Shown here: piece by piece, positions 12,565 to 26,200 of the stretch
Position numbering within the stretch: the stretch's first letter is position 1
Layout of the letters: each line of letters begins with the position of its first letter
Origin: Camelus dromedarius
Taxonomy: Eukaryota
Assembly (NCBI RefSeq): GCF_036321535.1
Contig: NC_087437.1
Location: 63,180,001-63,244,000 of the forward strand
Direction of reading: 5' to 3'
Length of the DNA stretch: 64,000 bases
Notes under the pieces: model-generated
Databases searched by the model: none
Told to the model about the DNA's origin: nothing
What the model saw: the letters and a program-made list of their open reading frames with translations, nothing else
Position numbers and translations under genes: made by a program

Positions 12565-15500
12565 GCATCTACATGTACCAGGCACTGTGCTAGGCTGTTC
12601 TAGGGGTATAACAAGGTAAACAGTCAAAACCTCTGTCTGGTGGCTCCATCCTCTGATCTGAATAGCATCCTCTGATCTGAATAGTTTATACCCCCTGCAT
12701 CAAATACAGTCTTTCACAGAGAGCATTTTCCTGAAACTCGTATCACTCTCCACTTTACAGCATAATTATGAAATTATGAACATGCCTTTTTAAGCAGCAT
12801 GAGGGTAAAAGCATTTCTGATTTCTTTTATGGTCTGGTAAGAGAAGGTGCTAAGTAATATACGTTGAATGAACAGTTAGCTAGTCATGTGAAATAAATAA
12901 ATATGTTTAATTTTCCTATCTAGCTTGTAAGTTTCTCCAAAGACAAGAATTTCTCAGTTAACATTTCTGTATCTTCTAGAGTATCCAACCCAGGGCTGGG
13001 TACGTGGCTCATTCTGGATATACATTTAGTTGAATTCAGCAATTCCACTTGAAATAGGGGTTCCTCTTCCATGCCAATCCTGTTAATCACACCCTAGATT
13101 TAGAAAATGGGAAGTCTATGGCCAAGGAAAACAATATAATCAGTCCTAAGTGACCTACAATCCCCCAACATGCTGGCTAAGCTGTCTCCCAAACCAGAGC
13201 ACTGTTTGTGAGAGAGGAATAAAGTCATCCTTCATTCATGAGGACTGACATAAGCCACCTGTGCATTGCAAGAAGAAAACCAGAATGAAATTGGAGCAGC
13301 AAGCCTGACTTTGGACAAGACCACCCATGGAAACATCTATCTTGTGACCCACACAAGGTCTACTTGCCAAAGACCATGAACCCAGGAGTCAGGGCCACCT
13401 GCCCTGTCAGAGGTACAGCTGCAGCCAAAATCAGTCCAGGGAGGCCAGAGACCCTTGGTATGTACCCACCCTTTTGGTCTTTTGGTTCTGCCTCTTGAAA
13501 TTCATCTTCTGGAATATCCAGCCCTGCTCTAATAACCCTTGGGGGAGGCCTCTGCTAATGAAGTCAGTGGTTGGAGCTGACCTCTGTGGGGAGATGGACC
13601 AACATCCTTGACTACCCTAGGTGAGATCAGGTGAACTGATGAGGCTCTCCCATCTATACCACTAATAAGCACACCATTAGCACGGCAGAGCACATCCAGC
13701 CTCGGAATGGCATAGTACGTCTGTGTCACCTGCGAGGGCATTAACCTGAATCAGAGAGTTCTAAGTTCTAGACATCCTCACAGGATATCTCAGGATTTGC
13801 CATCTGAAAATTCACTGCACTTACTTGGAAGCTCATCCTCCCCATTCCCCAAATTAGAAAGTACCCCCAGAAACTTCAAAATCAACATTAAATGACCAAA
13901 AATTAAATTCCCTTTTCTTTCCCAGACACAAGGCTAGACCTGCTTCAGCGTTCTCAGATCTGGGCAGTCTGATCCCTTCTCATGCTGTGTCAGCCTGGAA
14001 GCATTCCTGCCTCCTTCCCCATCCTTGTGATCCAGCATGGATCCTGAAGCTGCTCTCGAAGCCAGCAATGGCATTTAGTCACACCAAGCAGGGAGCTGAC
14101 TTCATTTTCCTCAATAAATATTTCATTGAGATTCAGAGAAATAAGAGAAACCTTATTCATGAGATTTATGTTTGTTTTAATGATTCACAGCATAGTTTGT
14201 TCCAATTAAATATTTATTTTAATATCTTCTTGGGTCTGAAAACTTCTGCCCATTCGTCAGTGACTCTTCATATCATCAGCCCGCTCACAGATGTGCAGAT
14301 GCTTCTTCTCTAAAGTGCGAGATTTTCCTTTCCAGCACCCTCCTAGTGGGGAGCCGGTGCCATGATTTACAGTGTCGCTGACACATGGCCCAGGGCCCTG
14401 CCAGTTGGTCTCCACTCCCTGCTCCCTCTTACCTGGAATCTCTCAACCCTACATACATTCTTAAAGCTCACGCTGCTCGGATACCTCTCCCAGACACAGA
14501 ATCCTGAGAAACCTCTATAGAATAGGGGTGGGGGTGCACCGGGCATTATGGTATGGTAAAAAGGAGACTGCAGTTGCAATAAACAGCTCCAGGTTCAAGT
14601 TCCAACATCACTACTTCTGGCTGTTTCCCACTTGTATAGTGGGGAAATATATATTACTGGGAGAATCAAGTGAGATGATGGAAGTGCTTCATAAACTGTG
14701 AAGAATTACAGCTACCTCCCAGTGTTGTTGTGACAATTAAATAAGAAGACATATTTGCTATGTCTAGGACAAATTCGGTATATAATAAATACTGAAATAA
14801 AGACATCATCATTATACAAATATGAAAAATGAAGTTTGTTTACTTTTATCAGAGTTCAATGTCTATTTCGGTCTCACTGCCTAACGTGTTTACATGCTAC
14901 CTAAGTGATTGCTTCCATTACTTCCATATAGAGAGGTAAGGAACACTTAGTAGTATCTAGGACCTATGTCAGGGGCAGGGGGTTACTGTGTGTAGGTGTA
15001 CGTCGCACTTTTAAACTGTTCACATTTATACACGTCTTCACAATCTCCTCAAGATTCTCTCTCCCACAGAGATGGTAGAATCTTCGCTCAGCTAAAGCTT
15101 CCTTAGATACCAAGAAAAGCATTCCCCGTTTCCATCACAGGGAACATGGTCTAAGCCACTCCCACCCCTTTGGCCCCAAGAACAGCCTCCATCAAGTGGC
15201 AGCCAGAGCCATTTGCCATCTGTGGTCCCTATGTACTGACCCCAGCTGAGCGCTCACCACTCAGCCTCCCAAAATCTGGCCCCTGGTACAGATGGAAGTG
15301 TCTCCTCTTCGGCTCAGAAAGTACAGCAGTCACCCTCAGGGACGGCACACTCCTCTGCCTCTGCCTCTGCCTCCCTCCTGGCCTGCCATCGCCCTCTGGG
15401 GGGCTTCCTGGATGGGACCAGAGAGAATGAGCCTGGGGGGAGGAGGGAGAAAGAGCAGATTCCCAAAGCAGCTTGAAATCCAAAGGGATTTTACCTTTTG

Positions 15501-16614
15501 CATTAATTAAATGTCATTTCTAAAATTCTTAAACCCTTGGCACTGTGAGAAAGATTTACTATGCCAAAGCAAAAAGGACTTCTGAAAAGTAACTATACAG
15601 GCTTATAAGTTAATAATGGCTTTGTACCTTGTATTACTAGAGCTAATTCCATTATCTGAGAAACTAAAAATACGTTCAGTAACCTAGTGAATGCCCCAAT
15701 CCACAGCTCCTGAAAGACCAATCCTCTTTGCCACCACATCATGTTAAATACTTTTCTCCTCTAAGAAGCCATCCCAGAATATCTCCCACCATGTCTGAGT
15801 CATTCCATCCACTCTAGACACCGCCCACCCCACTCCACACACACAGACACACACAGACACACCGCCTTCAAGTTCCTCTACTTCTTCCGGAGCCAAGGAA
15901 TCTTAAATTAACACCAGGGTGCATTATTTTCACATTCATAAAAGGATTAGCTGACTGATATTAGCCCCAAAGAATGAATGAACCATTCTGGGTGCCAAGG
16001 CACTGCCAGGGTCAAAGAGCTTTTGAGCAGGGAGCACTTTCCTTGCACCTTTCACATGACACCAATTCTGCCTTCCCCAGAAATAACTCTTAATAAATGT
16101 TTTAGTTATTTAAATAGCAAATAATTTTCTGATTCTCTTTCCTCCAAATGCTCAAGAGAAAAACGCCACTATTTTTCTTTTCCATAAAAGAAATTTCCAG
16201 TAGAGACCTACAGCTCAGGGCAGCAGGTCAACAGAACACACTTGTCCACACACCAGCCAGGGCCCCCTCCTCTCCCTCAGAGCTGCTGCAGATCAGAATG
16301 AAGCCTGCAATGTCTGAAATACGATCTTCCATCTGCCACTTGATCTTCCATCTGTCACTTCCCAAATTCGGCAGGGGGCCAGGGGCTGGAAGATAGAGTA
16401 AGAGAGGCCTCCAGGGGTCCACTTGGCAATGAGCAGATGTTAACCAAATGGGAGAGATGTAGCTCTGCTTCAAAGCAAGAAAAGGCCGAAGGTCATAGCC
16501 AAATATACTTTGGTGGCCAGAGGAGACCCCAAGACATCACTCAATAGTCAAACATCTAACTCTGCCTCTAGGCGTTTATGGTATAGGTATTCTCATCACA
16601 GTTTCCAGATGAGG

Positions 16615-16815
16615 GGTGGAAAGAACATGAGGTTTAGAATAAGAAAATCCATGTTAGAATCCTGACTCATCATTATATAAGCTGAATGACTTCGTCAAGT
16701 CACATAACTTCTTTGAGCCTCAGTTTCTTCATCTGTAAAATAGGGACAATACTATTGTGAGATATGAAATAAGCATCTAGGACAGTTCCTAGCACCTAGG
16801 AGCACAGTTTGGCAA
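16615..16815 (+). mobile_element. MIR
   Basis: CAAGTCACATAACTTCTTTGAGCCTCAGTTTCTTCATCTGTAAAATAGGGACAATA. Confidence 0.8.
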
Positions 16816-18273
16816 ACAATCAACATCCCCAAACACTTAAATTGCAACACAACCATTATCAACAGGCCATATTCTCTGGGTTCTTTTTCCAGCAGAAGGT
16901 CTAGATTTTCGTTATCTGTCTATACTATTTTTGCTGGGTCTTGCATGGCTAAGAAAAAACTCCTGAGAGACTACCAGCTGGAATGGAAGATGTGGTCTCC
17001 AACCATGACCAGAGAGAAATTATCTGTCCAACAAACAATTCAGCCACAGCCTTCCCCTTATGAATATAGTATCTGGGCCAACTACACCAACTGCACCAAA
17101 GGGTATTTAAAACCATCACTGTCACTGGAAGATAAATCTGCACTACCTCCTTCATTTGGATACAGAAGAGAAGTTTTAAGCCACCAAATTTGCTTCTTTG
17201 TAGACCATGTCCTGGTAAATAGACCTTATCTTTAAAAATGCATACTCATCTTTGTTGACAATCCTGTCTTCCACACTGAGAACTGTTCCTGGAACCAGGG
17301 TCTGTTTCTGGAAACCAATTTAAATTTATGAAGCTGCTTGTATTTATGATAAAATGGAAGTAAATCTGGCTGAAGCAAAGATCTAAGTTCCCCAGATCAC
17401 TGACTATTCACTTATTAGTCGCTGCCCCTCGCCAACACCCAACCCACAGGCTGCCCCTGCTCAGCTTCCCTGCAGAAACCTGGGTCATTTGGAAGCACCA
17501 CCGGGAAGGAGCTGAAAAAGTAGGGGAAGCAAATGCATTAAATCAAGGGACACACCCTCTCCAGCCAAGGTCAACACTCAGGAGGGGCAGCAAGGCTTGG
17601 ACAGTGGCGGAAGGACTCCACCCACGCAGCACTTTGAACAGAAGCTCTCTTCCAACTGGAGGCAAAGAGCTGCTAATCTGACGCACACCCAAAACAGAGA
17701 TGTGGGTAAAAATAAAACGACGACTGCTCCCCTGTGAGAAAGCCAGGAAGAGAACATATTGAAGCAATCATGGCCTGAAGCCCTGCCTAACACCAGTGCT
17801 ACTAAGTGACCTCAGCCAGGGACGGAAAGGATTGATCGAGTTACTCTTCTTGCTCAAAATCTCCCAATAGCTGCCCATAAACTACTGAATAAAATCCTAA
17901 ATCTCCAGTATGTGGAACATAAAACCCACTCAGCCAGCCTTTCCAGCTTTCTCTCATTGTCCCAACCCCCGCCCCTGTACACACATTTGTAATGAGCACA
18001 TATACCTGCCTCCACGTGAAGACTATCTCTCAAACTCTGAACCTTCCCACTCTGCAACTTTCCTCTCTTGCCCTCCTCCATCTCTACAAGTCCAGCTTCT
18101 AACCATCCTTCAAGGCCTTTCAAGACCAAGTCCACAGCTGGAATTCTTCTCTCCTCTTCTCCACTCCCATGGCATTTTCCAAATAAATAACCCTTTCCCT
18201 TCAATGTAATTTCCATGAAGACAAAGACTGCCTGCCTTGTTCACTCTCATAACAGTATCCTTGCAGATATTTG

Positions 18274-18497
18274 ATAGGGAGTTCAAGATTTGCAGACACT
18301 ACTATAAATAAAACATAAACAACAAGTTTCTTTTGTATAGCACAGGGAACTATATTCAATATCTTGTAGTAACCTATAATGGAAAAGAACATGAAAACAA
18401 ATATCTGTATGTATATGAATGACTGAACTATTATGCTGTACACCAGAAACTGACACATTATAAACTGACAATACTTCAACTGAAAAAAATGTTAAAA
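18274..18497 (+). mobile_element. L1 3'UTR fragment inserted in an L2 tail
   Basis: TGTATAGCACAGGGAACTATATTCAATATCTTGTAGTAACCTATAATGG is homologous to the 3'UTR of the L1 at ~6267-6310. ATATTTG duplicated at 18267-18273 and 18498-18504. Confidence 0.85.
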
Positions 18498-18793
18498 ATA
18501 TTTGCTCATACATGAGTTCACAGGGTTGGCTAAAGACAAACATCTGGGGAAAAGAACATGTGGCCTCTCCAAAATCCATCTTCTTCTTCCTCCCATTCAA
18601 ACCCATCATACAAACAAAGACCACTGGGCTGCTTGCCTCTCTGATGAAACGGCTAGGACATGCCCAAATGCCCATGGTAGCCACAGTGTACACTGAAGCT
18701 ACACTCCTCTCCCCCAATCTGCTGTCTCAGGCCTCGTCCCTCATCCTTCTGTGTGAGGTGCTAAAGGAGAAGAGATGACTATAGCCATCTTTC

Positions 18794-18934
18794 TTTTTTT
18801 TCTTTTAAATTATGTTTGTTTGGGGATAGAGGTAATTGGGTTTATTTATAATTTTTTTAATGGAGGTACTGGAGATAGAACCCAGGACCCCATGCATGCT
18901 AAGCATGCACTCTACCACTGAGCTATACCCTCCC
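18794..18934 (-). mobile_element. tRNA-derived SINE (camelid type)
   Basis: Reverse complement reads GGGAGGGTATAGCTCAGTGGTAGAGTGCATGCTTAGCATGCATGGGGTCCTGGGTTCTATCTCCAGTACCTCC plus an A-rich tail (A and B boxes). Degenerate 16-bp TSD at 18778-18793 and 18935-18950. Confidence 0.92.
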
Positions 18935-19714
18935 ACCATAACCACCTTTCTATTCACAGATGGGAAACCCTTCCTCTGCCTGCCTCCTCCTTTGAATGCT
19001 TCTGCCCAGGCCCACTCTACCCCTCCTACACCTCTGAGGACCCCACCGCCTCAGTCCCTTCCTCTCTCCTTCAGATAGGCATTCACCATTGCCCACAGGT
19101 CCTTCTCTCCAGAAGTCGTCGATAAGATTGGATTTCAGCAGACACTGCCCAGGGCCTGAAGATTTATCAATGCTGAAGCTTTCTAATGCCTGCCAATTAG
19201 TGTGTCCATTATTCTGGGCTGGGACATCCAAGCCCCTAATCTACTTAATGGAGAAGGAGCTCCAGCGAGGCAGGAAGCACCTTGAGCTAGTCAGCTGAGC
19301 CAGCAGGACACAGCAGGGAAACTGGCCCTCAGAGGCAGCCCAGCTTAGCCGCCTGGCAGGTAGCCTCAAGGTAAGGAGACAGGGTCTTAAAAGGAGCAAC
19401 TGAAGGATGACTCCACGCCTGCAGGAAACACATCCCAGACACAAGGTGCACAGGGCATCCTGGGGCTGAAGTTTTCCCCCAGGGCCTCAGGCCAAACTTC
19501 AAGGCAAATGGAGGCTGGTCTTCGATTCCCTTCCTGATACCCAGCTGTCCACTGCCCTCCCTCAGAGCCTAGTACTCAGCCCTCACAGCACATTCTGTCT
19601 CCCCAACCCCTTCAAAACCTGCCTACCTCAGCTGTTAGGCCCCAGATCCCTCCTTGACCACTCTACCATCCTCTTCTCATCCCAAAGTTAAATTTTAGGC
19701 CATATGGGTTAAGA

Positions 19715-19890
19715 ATTAATAGCTAACATTTATTGAGCTTTCACATACATAGCATCACTTCATACAGTAACCCAATGAGGTAAATATTGATATTGTCAGC
19801 ATCTTATAAGTGATGAAACTGAGGCCTAGAGAGGTTAAGTGACATGCCCAACATTATGCAGTAGTGAGTGGCAGAGCTGAATCATTTATT
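19715..19890 (-). mobile_element. MIR
   Basis: AATAGCTAACATTTATTGAGC...GAAACTGAGGCCTAGAGAGGTTAAGTGACATGCCCAA. Confidence 0.8.
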
Positions 19891-21123
19891 GTTCACACTG
19901 AACTATTCGGCATACTGCCTAAAAGGCAAGTCCATCAGCAAAGTAAGCCTGGCCATGGTGCTTAACACTTCCAAACTTTATTAAGCTTTAGATTTTTCTT
20001 TGGTTTTTAAGGGAGCCTAGTCATGCAAATCAATAGCTTTAACTGGTAGCGCTTAAGGATGAAATAGCATGGAGGTGATTGAAGGGAACGAACCTACAAG
20101 TAGGTACACTTTCAACTCAGTTTCACCCCTCTTGAAACCACCACCCCGAAACCCAGCTGTATTCATCTGCCCATGACCAAAAGTATCACCCCACACACAC
20201 TTTCAGCCTGCTGGGCACATCTTCTTTGGGTTATCTTCTTTGAGGGACTTCCAAGAGCTAGCAACCTGTGGTACGTAATGGACTGGTAAGGAAAACGTCT
20301 ACAGTGAGGTCAAGGCATAGACACAGGACATAGAAAGAGGGAGGGGGACATGGATCCTGAACCTGTGGGAGACACTGGTTCAGGAACTGGACCTCCTCTC
20401 CTCAGGTGGAAACTATGGAGGGGCCAGACAGGGCAAGGAGAGTAAATGTCCCTCCTTATGGGGCCTCTTGTCCCAAAGAGAGGATCTGGAGTCCATCTGG
20501 TTCCTCAAAGGCAGGGAGCAAGCAGCCTGCAGGAAAGGCTGTCTTTGGTGCCCTTGTATCTGACTTCTATGCCCTCCAACCCTGCTCCTAGGTAACGAGG
20601 GCAGGTATATTAGAGCAGGGACAGCCTTCCAGCCCTCCTGGGGAAGTGATGTCCATGTTCCCAAGGTCTGTGAGGATTCTTAAACCTTAATATGATCCCT
20701 GTTCTACAAGCTGCATCCCATTTCTGCCAGAAACACTTGGACAGACCCCACTTGCCCAGTGGAGCCATATGACTCCATCAGATGCATTAGTTGTTATGTG
20801 ATATTCATTTATAAAAGTAATTTGTAGTGTGATTAAATTTGTGAATAAATCTCCAATGAGGGCATTCTTTCTACTACAGAATTTTATTTTTTAATATCTT
20901 TGATTGAACAAATATTACATTTTGATTGTAGGCTATCTCAAATTTTTATAGTTTTTAGGTTACAAAGGGTGTTTTCAAGGAACATGCCCTTAACACTTCT
21001 GAATTCTTTCCACTAGGGTTTGGCTTTACATTTTTCGGCATCATTCAGAGCACAAAGGTCCCCAAGTGGCACAAGAAACATGACTATACTTCTTAATCCT
21101 TAACTCAAGCTGAGCACAGAGTA

Positions 21124-22775
21124 TGACAGATACTGCTGGTTGCCTGCTGAGCACCCATTTACTTCTTCCTGGCTTATAGTACCTAGATTGTGTTCAGGAG
21201 TCAAGTAGCTGTGTGCTTCAGGGGAAGCAGAGACACTTCCAGCCCCATAGAGTAAATCTTAATTATGTTACTCTAATCATGGAAATGACATCCCTTTCCC
21301 AGTAACTTGTTTAGGAATACAAGAAAAACAGGCTCTTTCAGGTGTTTTCAGTTCTCCATGAGACATGCAGAGTTGTGGCAGCTACCTTGGGACTATAAGG
21401 AATAGAAGGATGTAAAGAAATAGGGTCCTGGGACCTTCATTTCTTGCAACGGCTGGCTGGGCACCTAGGACCAACCTCCCACTGAAAAAAGTTTGTGGGT
21501 TTTTTAAACCTTCTTAGAAGCATTAAAGAGCTAAGTTATTAAGCCAAAACCTAGGAGAAGGTGACACTCCAAAGAAGTTAGCTCAAACCACAAAGCAGCT
21601 TTGGCCCTGAGAGCATTTGCCAATCTGCAAGAAATAGCGCCAAAACTAAGCCGTGCTTCTTCTGGCAGCCAGAATGGGCAAGGGGAGCAGAAATCAAAGC
21701 TCAGGGCCAGCCCAAGGAAGGAGCTCTGATAAATAACACCCCACTTTAAACTGGGCTTCCTCCTAGATAGAGGACTTCACCTTCAAGGTAAAGGCAATCT
21801 AGAAACAAGCCAGCTCTCATGAAAACTTGTAAAACAGCTGCCTGTAATCTGGGTCCAAGGAACCTCAAGCATTGAACGTGGGTTAAGGTGGAAATGGACT
21901 AACAGTATCCCTAGGAGTCTGGCAAAAGAAAATGAATGATCACTGCAGGAGAAAGTTAGCATTTAAGTCTTCAAATTATTCTCATAAAATCTTTTTTCAA
22001 AAATAACAGCCAGAAAACAATCGAAGATAGCATAAGGAAAAAAACAGCATGAGCAAGAACCATCAGAAACAGCAGACTACAGAAACAGACCCACAAGGAC
22101 TTCAGATATTGGAATTATCAAATAGAGACTATAAAGCAAATATACTTACTATGTTCAAAATAAAAGATAAGTTTAAAAGATATTTTATTAAACTGAAAAC
22201 TTTAAAGTGACTTGAAAAGGAATTAAGTAGGGATTCTAGCACTGAAAAATATACTTGAAATTAAGAAGTCAATGAACAAATTTAACTGCAGATTAGACAC
22301 AGCTGAATAGAGAATTAATAAAATGGAATAGAAATCAGAAGAAACTATCTAGGATGCATCATGGAGAGATAAAAATATGAAGAATATAGAATGATAAGAA
22401 ATATAGAAGATACAGTGAGAAGTTTCACCTTCAATCAACTTCAAAATGGATTCAAATTCAAGAAATTTCCATTTTAATCAATTGGTATCCTGAAAGGAGA
22501 GACAGGAAAGAAAAGAGATAATGGCTGAGAATTTTCCAAAATTGATGAAATGCAACAATCTATAGATGTAAGAAATCTAATGAACCCAAGCAGACTAAAT
22601 AAGAGAAAATCTGGTCATGATATTGAGCCTCTGATTTAATGGCCCAACTTCTGAACTTCTTGTTAAGAAGCAGGAAAAGAAGTAGTAAAAAAGGAGAAGG
22701 ATAATTATTTATTGTTTAAGCCATTTTGAGTTTGGGTTCAGTTACCTGCAGCCAAAAGCACCCTCAATGATATTC
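21124..22775 (+). mobile_element. MLT1-type (ERVL-MaLR) solo LTR split by the L1 fragment (parts ~21124-21432 and ~22611-22775)
   Basis: 5' part TGACAGATACTGCTGGTTGCC... and 3' part TTGTTTAAGCCATTTTGAGTTTGGGTTCAGTTACCTGCAGCCAAAAGCACCC are typical MLT1 ends. Confidence 0.7.
21433..22610 (+). mobile_element. Old L1M/HAL1-like 5'UTR + ORF1 fragment inserted into an MLT1 LTR
   Basis: A-rich ORF1-like text: CAGATTAGACACAGCTGAATAGAGAATTA, ATAATGGCTGAGAATTTTCCAAAATTGATGAAA, AGAAATCTAATGAACCCAAGCAG. Confidence 0.75.
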
Positions 22776-22884
22776 ATGGTGAGAATAAAGTATCCTCCAT
22801 TTCTTGAATGCCTACTTTGTGGCAGGCACTACATATAGATTTCAATCTTGTCTAATTCCCCACAAAGCCATATAAGGTAGTATT

Positions 22885-23278
22885 TATCAATCAATAGAGA
22901 CTTATAGGCTTATGGATACAAAGAATCTCAAAATGTCAGTAGCTTAACAGAAAAAATAATTATTTCTTGCTCATAATACATCTTCAAAATAATTCAGCAG
23001 AGGGCTGTGCTCACAGTTACTCAGGGTTCCAGGCTGATGGAGTCTTTATCCCAACATAGCTCCTGCAATCGCTGAAACAGTGAGAGAATGAAGTAAATAG
23101 TATTTTACTTTTAAAGCTTTTAAAGCTTCCATTTAGAAATGAAACACCTGACTCTGCTCACATTTCATTGGCCAAAGCAAGTCACACGGCCAAAGATGTA
23201 GGGAAGTGTAATCTTACCATGTGCCTGGAAGGTGCAGAGCTGGAAATATTTAGTGGATGGCTCTTATGAATACCACAG
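22885..23278. mobile_element. MLT1-type LTR nested in a MIR (MIR parts ~22800-22885 and ~23280-23330)
   Basis: CTGCTCACATTTCATTGGCCAAAGCAAGTCACACGGCC motif. Flanks join as MIR (TGCCTACTTTGTGGCAGGCAC ... GAGGAAGCTGAGGCTCAGAGAGGT). Confidence 0.7.
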
Positions 23279-26200
23279 ACAGATATCACCCTAATCCTTC
23301 GAATGAGGAAGCTGAGGCTCAGAGAGGTATTTAATACTTGTTAGACAGATGAATGGAGAATGTACTCATTAAAACATCTTCCTGAAGGCGACGTTATGAA
23401 CTTGACTATCTGCCGTTTAGTGAAGGGGATAGTAAGAAGAGAAATGGAGCAGTGATATGGTCTCTAAGGAGCCAAGCAGAGCACCTAGCTGGGTCTCATC
23501 ATAGTCTTTCCCAGAATCATCCATTGTCAGGGGCAGAGTATGGGACCAAGGCAGCCAGGGGGAAAATATCCTAGTCCTTCCTTTGTTCCTGTGCTAACCA
23601 GAGCCTCCCCTACTGGATAAGATGGGACATTTGTATACACACACTAAGGGCTCCCACTATCTTATACATTCCAGGTGTTCAAGATGTGGTTACGATGGGG
23701 GAAAAAAATAAGCCCACGTAATCCATTTGGCCATGCCAAGTTTCTTAACTTTGATCTTTGTAGATTCAGAAAGCTTGTCAAGGCAAAGGAGATGCAAACA
23801 GAGAGCTCTCAACCCATCATGCTCAGACACAGAAGAAGGGGCCACCTTGTTCTCTTAGGTCCTCAAGACCCTCCTATGAGGTGGATTTTCCAACCTGTAA
23901 TGTGCAGAACATTCCTCACCTCCTCCCATACCTACTGATGACACATACACCTTCCCCTCCCAGTACCCCACACCTACTGGCAGGCTCCCTTGGCTGCCCC
24001 ACATTCCATGTATGTGCTACCTCTACCAGCCCTGTCCCGCCTCCTGCAGAGCCATCAGTATCTGTCTGAGATTCTCTTCTTGTGGCAGGGAAGGAGTCAA
24101 TACTGGGGTTATTTATTTATGTGTTGGTTTATTCCTTCCCAAGGATGAAGCAGCGGTTAAGAGGAAGGCAGGGAGGAGGGACCGGGCAGGGAGAGGGGGA
24201 GGTAGGCCCAGAAAAGAAGCTGTGGTGAGCCAGAGATTGGCGGAAGAAATGTCTCTATAATTTCAACTGCTTTCCAACCACATCATCTCTAGCTGAGCCC
24301 CCTGGGGTGAAAGGTCTGTGTATTACTGGGGATAGGAGTTTGTAACCTTAATTATGCCTTGAAGCATTTGGCTGTGTTCATACTGAAATTTCCAGTAGGG
24401 AAAAAAAAAAAATGTGGTTTCCATTACAGTGTCACTGAGGGACTTGTACTGGGGTTGGGATCATTAAAATGAAAACACTGATGAGTAAGCCATGGCATTT
24501 TGTCTCCAAGACTTACGTCCTTCCTCCACCCCTAGCCCTGTACTTTATTTTGAGATAGGCTTAAAATAGTCTGTAAAATATGGAGCTCATTATCCCATCT
24601 AACAGATTTCATTTGGCATGAATGTAGATTAAAAGCCCCATGCCAGTCCTTCCTCCTGGCCTGAGTTTATAAAGAAGACACTCCTCTGCTTTTGCTCTGG
24701 GCTGGGTTCTTTAGAGCATGATTCTGCAATGGACAGGCAGAGCCAGGAGGTGCCACTTCCAACTCCACTCTGCTTATTTTTCATGATAATAACAAGGGAG
24801 GATAGAGAAAGAAATACAACCCAGCTATTGGGCTTCTTAGAAATTTTTCCTAGAGCCTTAAAAAGCCAAATCCAAACTAGATACCTCTCAAATCCATGAA
24901 TTCTCCAGTCTGTCCATTCTTCTACATACAATAACTCTATCAGGGCTGCTGAGCATGTTAAAGGGGCACAGCTGAATTCAAACTACAGGGGACTATGATG
25001 AAAAGAGGCCTCAACTAGGAGTTTTCGCATCCTTGCTTCAAATGTAGGCTCAGGCAACAACTAACTATATGACTTTAGGAAGTAAAATCATCTCTTTGGG
25101 CTCAGTTTCTTCCTCTCTTAAATGAGAGGTCTCTTCCAACTCTGTCTCTTTTTTCTTCTGCTGGGGGTGCAATTATGGAGGCAAAGAGGATGAAATATAA
25201 AGAACCTCTCCTTACTCACCACTGATCTTATTTGACTCTACGCCATCTCTTGAACCAGTAAATGTCCTTTTTATCTGATAAAGCCCCATCCTTCTCTGAT
25301 TACACCTTTTCTCTGAATCACTAGAGTGTTTGCACTGCATTTTCTCTCACCCCGAATGCCCTTTTCCCTTGCTCTCTCTAAATCCTTAAAAATCCAAATA
25401 CTCACAAGGACAGTGTGCTTAACAGTAAGCATGTGCTGATGGCTTGATTTATCAGTATTTAACACAGTTCCTGCACAGGTGTCATCTCCACTCCAGGGGT
25501 TTCCCACAGGGACCAGTCAAGGGTTTTGAACAAGGGGGTGGGGCAGGGACTGATCTCTTGAAGGGACCAACAGGCTCCACTCATCAGCGGTCCCCTCTGA
25601 GCTACTCAGTGGCTGAGTGTCCAGGTGATAGACCTATTCTCGCCCCTACACTTTCTAGTTGAGTCCCCTCAGCTATCTCCCTTATATGATGAGAATAACA
25701 TGCCCTGCACACAGGGCTGTTGGAGGCTTGAATGAAGCAGGTGAGAACCTATCCAAAGTCTTGAACTACCCACCTCTCCAGTCTCAGCCATGACGTTGCC
25801 TACTCTTTTGCTAAGAATATCAAGGCCATCTGAACTGCATTTCCTCATTTTTCCTTTTTCCTACTTAAAAATAGCACTCAAAGCACCCCCTTCTTCCTTC
25901 CTTCCAGTGAGGAAGCATTTCTCCCTCCTCCAGTCTTCCACTTCCATCTGCACTTTTTAGTCAACCCACCCCTACCTCCTCCAGGTCATTGCTGCACGTA
26001 CAGCACTTACCACAAGCTCTTCTTACGGATTCAGCTGTTGCTTGACTTACTTGTTGTCTGCCTCACTCATCAGAATGCAGACTCCATGAAGACTTCATGC
26101 TTTATCCATGCTGTACCCCCAGCAAACAGTGCAGTCCCTGGAACACTGTTGGTGCTCAGTGAATATTTACTGAATGGATTAATAAACCCATTTCTGCTCA

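Noticed and set aside
14433..14514. Possible minus-strand cassette exon with strong donor CAG|gtaaga
   Set aside because: Acceptors are mediocre, candidate lengths (71 or 82 nt) are not frame-preserving, and there is no similarity to kalirin.
19949..19965. RE1-like CTGGCCATGGTGCTTAA
   Set aside because: Two mismatches in the core, including the conserved C of TCAGCACC.
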